A stretch of DNA of 10,424 nucleotides from assembly GCA_031372065.1 (NCBI GenBank), contig JANMKN010000037.1:1-10424 (forward strand), given 5' to 3'. A model generated the notes under the pieces. It was not told the origin of the DNA. It worked only from the letters and a program-made list of their open reading frames with translations, and did not search any database. Shown here piece by piece: positions 6,129 to 10,424 of the stretch; position 1 is the first letter of the stretch, and each line of letters begins with the position of its first letter. The position numbers were made by a program, and so were the translations under genes. This DNA comes from Abditibacteriaceae bacterium (GTDB lineage: Bacteria; Armatimonadota; Abditibacteriia; Abditibacteriales; Abditibacteriaceae).

Positions 6129-8765
6129 TTACTCCATCTGAAGTGCCTCGGTTAAATTACGTCGCGCCGCGCCGCGTGCCGGAAAATATCCCGCGCACAG
6201 CGCCGCCAATAAAGCCAACCCCAAACCTTGCAACCAAACTTGCGGTTGCCATGAAAAATTAATCGTCCAGCCGAAAATTTGCAAGTTGATGACGCGAATC
6301 AATTGCCACGCGAGGCACAATCCTGCCGCCACGCCGATGGCCCACGCCAGCAAAGCAATCAAGGCAAATTCGATGAAAGTCATTTTCAAGATTTGCCCCG
6401 TCGAAGCGCCCATCGCGCGCAAAACGGCGATTTCGCGCGCTCTTTCCAGCAAAAGCGCGATGAGTGTATCGAAAACTCCAATCGCAGCTACTAAAATCGC
6501 AATCAATTGCAGCGCATAAGTAACAGCAAAAGTTTGATCGAAGGTGTTGAAAACCGAAGCGCGCAATTGGGCGTTGGGTGATAGCGTCAATTGATATTGC
6601 TTGCCGAATTTGCGCCAGACAGCGCGTTGCACTTCTTCCACCGTGGCGCCTTTTTTCAAGTGCAAAGCCAAGCCATCAATGGCGTTATCATCCCAGTTTT
6701 TCGCATAAATTGGGCGCGGCAAATAAATCACGCATTCGTTCGGCGTGTAATCGGAAAAGACGCCGGCAATCGGCAAAGTGACTGGGCCGTGCGGCGAAAT
6801 CAAAGTCAAATTCTGCCCTGCATGAAGGCCCAGCATATTTTCGAAACGTTCGCTAATGAGAACCGCGCGCTGCGCCAAAAAATCGTTGATGGCAGCACGT
6901 TCACCATTTTGCGTCGAAAGAAATTTGATTTTGCGGTCACCCGTTTTTAAGGCCGGCAATTCGTTGGCTGCGATGTAAACCGGCTGCTTGCCGATCATTG
7001 TATCGGCGCCGCGAATGGTGTCGAACAAGCGCACTTGCGGCAGCGATGTGATGAATTTCACCGCTTCAGGCGGCAAACCCGGCCCGGTATCGCCCGAAAA
7101 GCCCGTCGCCGGACTCACATAAAGGTCGGCGTTGATGGCGATGTCCACCCAATCGGCGACGGTGCCGCGAAAGGAGCGCACCATGACGGAAATGCCAATC
7201 GAAAGCGCGAGCGACACCATTAAAGCTGCCACCACCAAGCTGCTGCGATGCAAAGCGCGCCGCAAATACGAACCGGCCAGCGTGCCTTCGATGCCGAAAA
7301 TTTTTCCGGCAAATTGCTGTGCCAATTGACCACTGGCGCGCGTGATAATCGGCGTGAGCAAGGCAAAACCGGAAAGCGTAAAAAACGTGGCAGCGAAACC
7401 GGCCAGCGACGAAAGCCCGCTGAAAAACGGCAGACACAACGCAAAAGCGACGAGCAAAAATACGATTCCGGCAATGGCAAAAGGCTGTGCAAATTCTCCG
7501 GCGCTATGATGCAAACTAACGCGCGACATGGCATCGCGCGGTGAAGTGCCTGCCGCTTCGCGCGCCGGTGGGTAAGCCGATACCGTCGCCAGCAAAGTGC
7601 CAAAAAGCGGCGCCGCCCACCATAACCACAGCGGCACTAAAATTTCGTCGGCTTTGACGGCGAAATATAATTGCGATACGGTTTTGCTGACCGCCAAAAG
7701 CGCAAAACGCGCCAAAAACAAACCCAACAAAATGCCGCAAAACGAGCCAAACAAGCCAATGGCAGCGGCTTCCAGCAAAAATAAGCGCGTGAGTTGACCG
7801 CGCCCTGCGCCCACAGCGCGCAAAACGCCGATTTCGTGGCGCCGCCGCACCACGGCGATTTCGATGGCGTTGTAAATCAGAAAAGCGCCGACAAAAAGCG
7901 CGATGCACGATAGTGCGCTGAGTGTCAGTTGAAACGCGGCCAGCATTCCCGAAATCTGTCGCCCGCGTTGCGCCGGACGTTGCACAATGGCATCGGCGGG
8001 CACCATTTTTTGCAAATCGGCGCGCAATTTTTCGAGTTGATTTTCATCCACGATGAAATCAATTTGCGAAAGCCGTCCGACGAGCGAAAACGCTTCCTGC
8101 GCCGCCGCGATGTCCATCAAAACGAAGTCGCCGCCGAAGGTGTGTTGAAATTGCTCACTTTCCAAGATCGCGCGCACCGTAAAATTTTCGCGCCGCGCGC
8201 CGACCCATAAATCCAAAGCGCTGCCGTTTTGCAAATGGTATTTATCGGCTAAAGTGCGGCTAATTGCCACAGCGCGCGGGTCAATCAAAAACGCGAACAC
8301 ACCGCCCGGCGCGGCGCGCGGGTCTTGCCGTTCATCTTTGCGATTGCCGCTTGGATTGCCCTTCGTGCCAACCCCAAAATCGCGCCCGAAATCGGCTTCG
8401 GCGAAAACATCCACGCCCAAAACCAAAACTTGCGTGCCGCCATCGTTTTTGGTTTTTTCCAGCGATGGCGAAATCAGCGTTTTAGAAATCAGCGGCGCCA
8501 TCGCGTGAATGCGCGCATCGGGTTTTTGCTTTAAACGCAAATAAACGTCTTCGGGCAAGCCGTTGGCGCCGCCCATAATTTGCAAATTTGCCTTGCCCGA
8601 AACTGCATCTAACGTAGACGAAAACGCCGCTAAAATCGAATAATTAGCGATTTGCACCGACACAAAAACCGCAATGCCGAGCGCCACGCCCAGCGCCGCT
8701 AAAAAAAATCCGCCGCGATGCCGCAGCCAGTAACGCAGCGAGAGAAAACGAAATAATGCCAGCAC
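6129..8765 (-). CDS. FtsX/MacB-like ABC transporter permease with duplicated architecture (AttF/AttG-like, 878 aa)
   Basis: Two repeats of TM, large periplasmic domain, then an FtsX-like 3-TM domain. Coupling motifs VVRRRHEIGVLRAVGA and LLERAREIAVLRAMGAS. C-terminal FDQTFAVTYAL and LIRVINLQIFGWTI segments are typical of permeases encoded beside attH-like genes. Confidence 0.92.
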   Translation of the reverse strand: MLALFRFLSLRYWLRHRGGFFLAALGVALGIAVFVSVQIANYSILAAFSSTLDAVSGKANLQIMGGANGLPEDVYLRLKQKPDARIHAMAPLISKTLISPSLEKTKNDGGTQVLVLGVDVFAEADFGRDFGVGTKGNPSGNRKDERQDPRAAPGGVFAFLIDPRAVAISRTLADKYHLQNGSALDLWVGARRENFTVRAILESEQFQHTFGGDFVLMDIAAAQEAFSLVGRLSQIDFIVDENQLEKLRADLQKMVPADAIVQRPAQRGRQISGMLAAFQLTLSALSCIALFVGAFLIYNAIEIAVVRRRHEIGVLRAVGAGRGQLTRLFLLEAAAIGLFGSFCGILLGLFLARFALLAVSKTVSQLYFAVKADEILVPLWLWWAAPLFGTLLATVSAYPPAREAAGTSPRDAMSRVSLHHSAGEFAQPFAIAGIVFLLVAFALCLPFFSGLSSLAGFAATFFTLSGFALLTPIITRASGQLAQQFAGKIFGIEGTLAGSYLRRALHRSSLVVAALMVSLALSIGISVMVRSFRGTVADWVDIAINADLYVSPATGFSGDTGPGLPPEAVKFITSLPQVRLFDTIRGADTMIGKQPVYIAANELPALKTGDRKIKFLSTQNGERAAINDFLAQRAVLISERFENMLGLHAGQNLTLISPHGPVTLPIAGVFSDYTPNECVIYLPRPIYAKNWDDNAIDGLALHLKKGATVEEVQRAVWRKFGKQYQLTLSPNAQLRASVFNTFDQTFAVTYALQLIAILVAAIGVFDTLIALLLERAREIAVLRAMGASTGQILKMTFIEFALIALLAWAIGVAAGLCLAWQLIRVINLQIFGWTINFSWQPQVWLQGLGLALLAALCAGYFPARGAARRNLTEALQME

Positions 8766-8771
8766 AGGGCA

Positions 8772-8777
8772 AGTATA
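8772..8777 (-). promoter_or_regulatory. Candidate -10 element TATACT, implying a leaderless permease mRNA
   Basis: Minus strand reads TATACT-TGCCCT-GTG(8765). The -10 hexamer is 6 nt from the start codon and there is no Shine-Dalgarno sequence. Confidence 0.55.
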
Positions 8778-8796
8778 GGTTCATCACTACGAATAT

Positions 8797-8810
8797 GATT
8801 ATTAATAATC
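8797..8810. promoter_or_regulatory. Perfect 14-bp palindrome, candidate operator
   Basis: GATTATTAATAATC is self-complementary and lies in the 110-bp divergent intergenic region. Confidence 0.45.
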
Positions 8811-8875
8811 GGCAGCAGAAGTATTTCTGCTTTGGTAACATCGGATTGAATCCCAGTTTTTTCGAGACACGAAAA

Positions 8876-10369
8876 ATGCGTTGTCCCTCCTGCCAAACCT
8901 ATATTACTTTGCAGGCAAATTATTGCCCGACCTGCGGTGCAAATTTGACGACGGCTGTTGGATCGCCTCAAGCTTGGGAGCCTGTCCCGACAATATACAA
9001 GGCTCCTGTCCGTCGGCCATCATCGCCGCCTGTCCATTCGCCGCCGTCTCTCAATTCCAACGGGGCGGGTTTCGCGGGCCTTGTTGTGTTCTGCGTAGTG
9101 ACTTTTTTGTTGTTGATGATAGCTATTTCGGCCACATCGCGCCGCACTATTAGTAGAACTCCGTATTACAACTCAAGCCAGCGCTATGGTCGCGCTTACT
9201 CGAACGGAAAAGAAGTGCTTCCCGGCACGCCAGAATATGACGCGATAGTGCGCATGGCAGCGGCACCAAAACGCTCGCCAACGACAACTCAAGTTTTACC
9301 TTCGCCAACGGCGATTCCAATTCCGACGTCAACCCCCCTGCCAAAAGGATTCCCTTTAGAAACGATGGAGCCGAACGTAAGCAACATTGCAAATAACAAA
9401 TGGCTGTCGGCGTGTGTATCAGCTAACGGAAACTTGATAGCGGGCATCAGTCTGGATGGAACCATTGATCTGTGGAACACCAGCACGGGTCGTTTTAAAG
9501 GCAACATTACGACAGTCAATGGTAAACAAAATAGCAATAGTCCCGATGCAATTAATAGGAAGCCACATCCAATTCAATTCGGACATCTCGAATCGTGCGC
9601 CTGTGCTCTCTCGCCAGATGGCTCACTCATAGCTACCGCTGCGGACAACGGTATAGTGCTTTGGGACACAAAAACGAAGCGGTTACGCAATGATTTGATA
9701 GGCACTATTCACAATATATCGGCCCTCATGTTTTCGTCCGATAGTCGTTATCTGCTGGCATCGGGCAATAAAATTCAGGATGACAGGCCACGACTTGAGG
9801 TTTGGGACGTAGTGGCACGTAAAATTAGCCAATTCCAAGATTTAACAATTCGTTCACCCTTGAGCAGTCCTATAACATTAGCATTCTCGCCGAACGGTAA
9901 GTTTTACGCCGCCTTTAGCGATGATGGCACGATTACATTATGGAATTTCCAAACCCGCCAAATTTGGTGGGAAAACCGCCAACACGGTTATGATCGAATT
10001 TATTTCGCGCGCGCCATAAGTTTCTCAGCGGACAGTAAACATATTTGTATCAGCGAGGAATATATTACGGGGAGTAAAATCGCCGCTGAGTGGGATGTCA
10101 ATACCGGATCAAAACGGAATGTGCTTGTGACAACCGATTTAACCATTATCGGGGTGGCGTATTCTCACGATGGAAAATGGCTCGCTGTGCTACAGGACAA
10201 TCCAGACGATGGTAGCACCTCTTTGACAATGTGCCATTTGTCGTCGGGACGACTTTATGATGTAGATTGGCCTTTTTCTCCTTGGACAACGGCTATTCAA
10301 CATCCTTTAGAGTCTGTCTTCATGCTTTTCTGTAATGAAAGGGCGGATCAACTGCCGGTTTTGGTTTGA
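8876..10369 (+). CDS. Zinc-ribbon / single-TM / WD40-repeat protein (about 497 aa)
   Basis: ATG 8876 starts MRCPSCQ...YCPTCGANL (CxxC-x10-CxxC). Then a Pro-rich linker, a TM helix (GFAGLVVFCVVTFLLLMIAISA), a Pro/Thr linker and about 6 WD40 repeats (DGTIDLWN, LSPDGSLIATA..IVLWD, LEVWD, FSPNGK..DGTITLWN, AEWD, YSHDGKWLA). The longer start at 8756 overlaps the divergent permease and is unlikely. Confidence 0.85.
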   Translation: MRCPSCQTYITLQANYCPTCGANLTTAVGSPQAWEPVPTIYKAPVRRPSSPPVHSPPSLNSNGAGFAGLVVFCVVTFLLLMIAISATSRRTISRTPYYNSSQRYGRAYSNGKEVLPGTPEYDAIVRMAAAPKRSPTTTQVLPSPTAIPIPTSTPLPKGFPLETMEPNVSNIANNKWLSACVSANGNLIAGISLDGTIDLWNTSTGRFKGNITTVNGKQNSNSPDAINRKPHPIQFGHLESCACALSPDGSLIATAADNGIVLWDTKTKRLRNDLIGTIHNISALMFSSDSRYLLASGNKIQDDRPRLEVWDVVARKISQFQDLTIRSPLSSPITLAFSPNGKFYAAFSDDGTITLWNFQTRQIWWENRQHGYDRIYFARAISFSADSKHICISEEYITGSKIAAEWDVNTGSKRNVLVTTDLTIIGVAYSHDGKWLAVLQDNPDDGSTSLTMCHLSSGRLYDVDWPFSPWTTAIQHPLESVFMLFCNERADQLPVLV

Positions 10370-10424
10370 GACGATTGAGCCAACGGTGCAAAGTGGCAAT
10401 TTGCAGAGTAGCTCGGCTACATTC

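Noticed and set aside
8756..8875. 40-codon N-terminal extension of the WD40 ORF
   Set aside because: It overlaps the divergent permease start and the promoter region. ATG 8876 places the zinc ribbon at the N-terminus, as is typical.

Overview
A moderately GC-rich bacterial window; the gene content resembles PVC or Armatimonadota-type heterotrophs, but the taxon cannot be fixed from sequence alone. The left end holds the 3' end of a DUF1552 gene (+) and then a decayed zone. That zone has a 53-aa secreted-protein stub and a 203-bp non-autonomous ISAs1-like MITE (22-bp perfect terminal inverted repeats, 9-bp target duplication), and ends at a bidirectional terminator. The middle is five co-oriented minus-strand genes, in transcription order: FtsX/MacB-type (AttF/G-like) ABC permease, stand-alone receiver protein, secreted AttH/CrtC lipocalin-fold protein, secreted HEAT-repeat protein, and a Tat-exported Gfo/Idh/MocA oxidoreductase. 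The right end is a divergent zinc-ribbon/TM/WD40 gene. The most notable observations are: (1) the MITE, which interrupts a small signal-peptide-like ORF; (2) a 99-bp palindromic repeat lying in frame inside the AttH-like gene and apparently encoding its signal peptide; (3) a degenerate 21-bp-period array upstream of the HEAT/oxidoreductase pair; (4) an att-like cluster split by a receiver gene and lacking an adjacent ATPase; (5) an apparently leaderless permease promoter with a palindromic operator candidate. All family calls come from reading motifs by eye, not from database searches.
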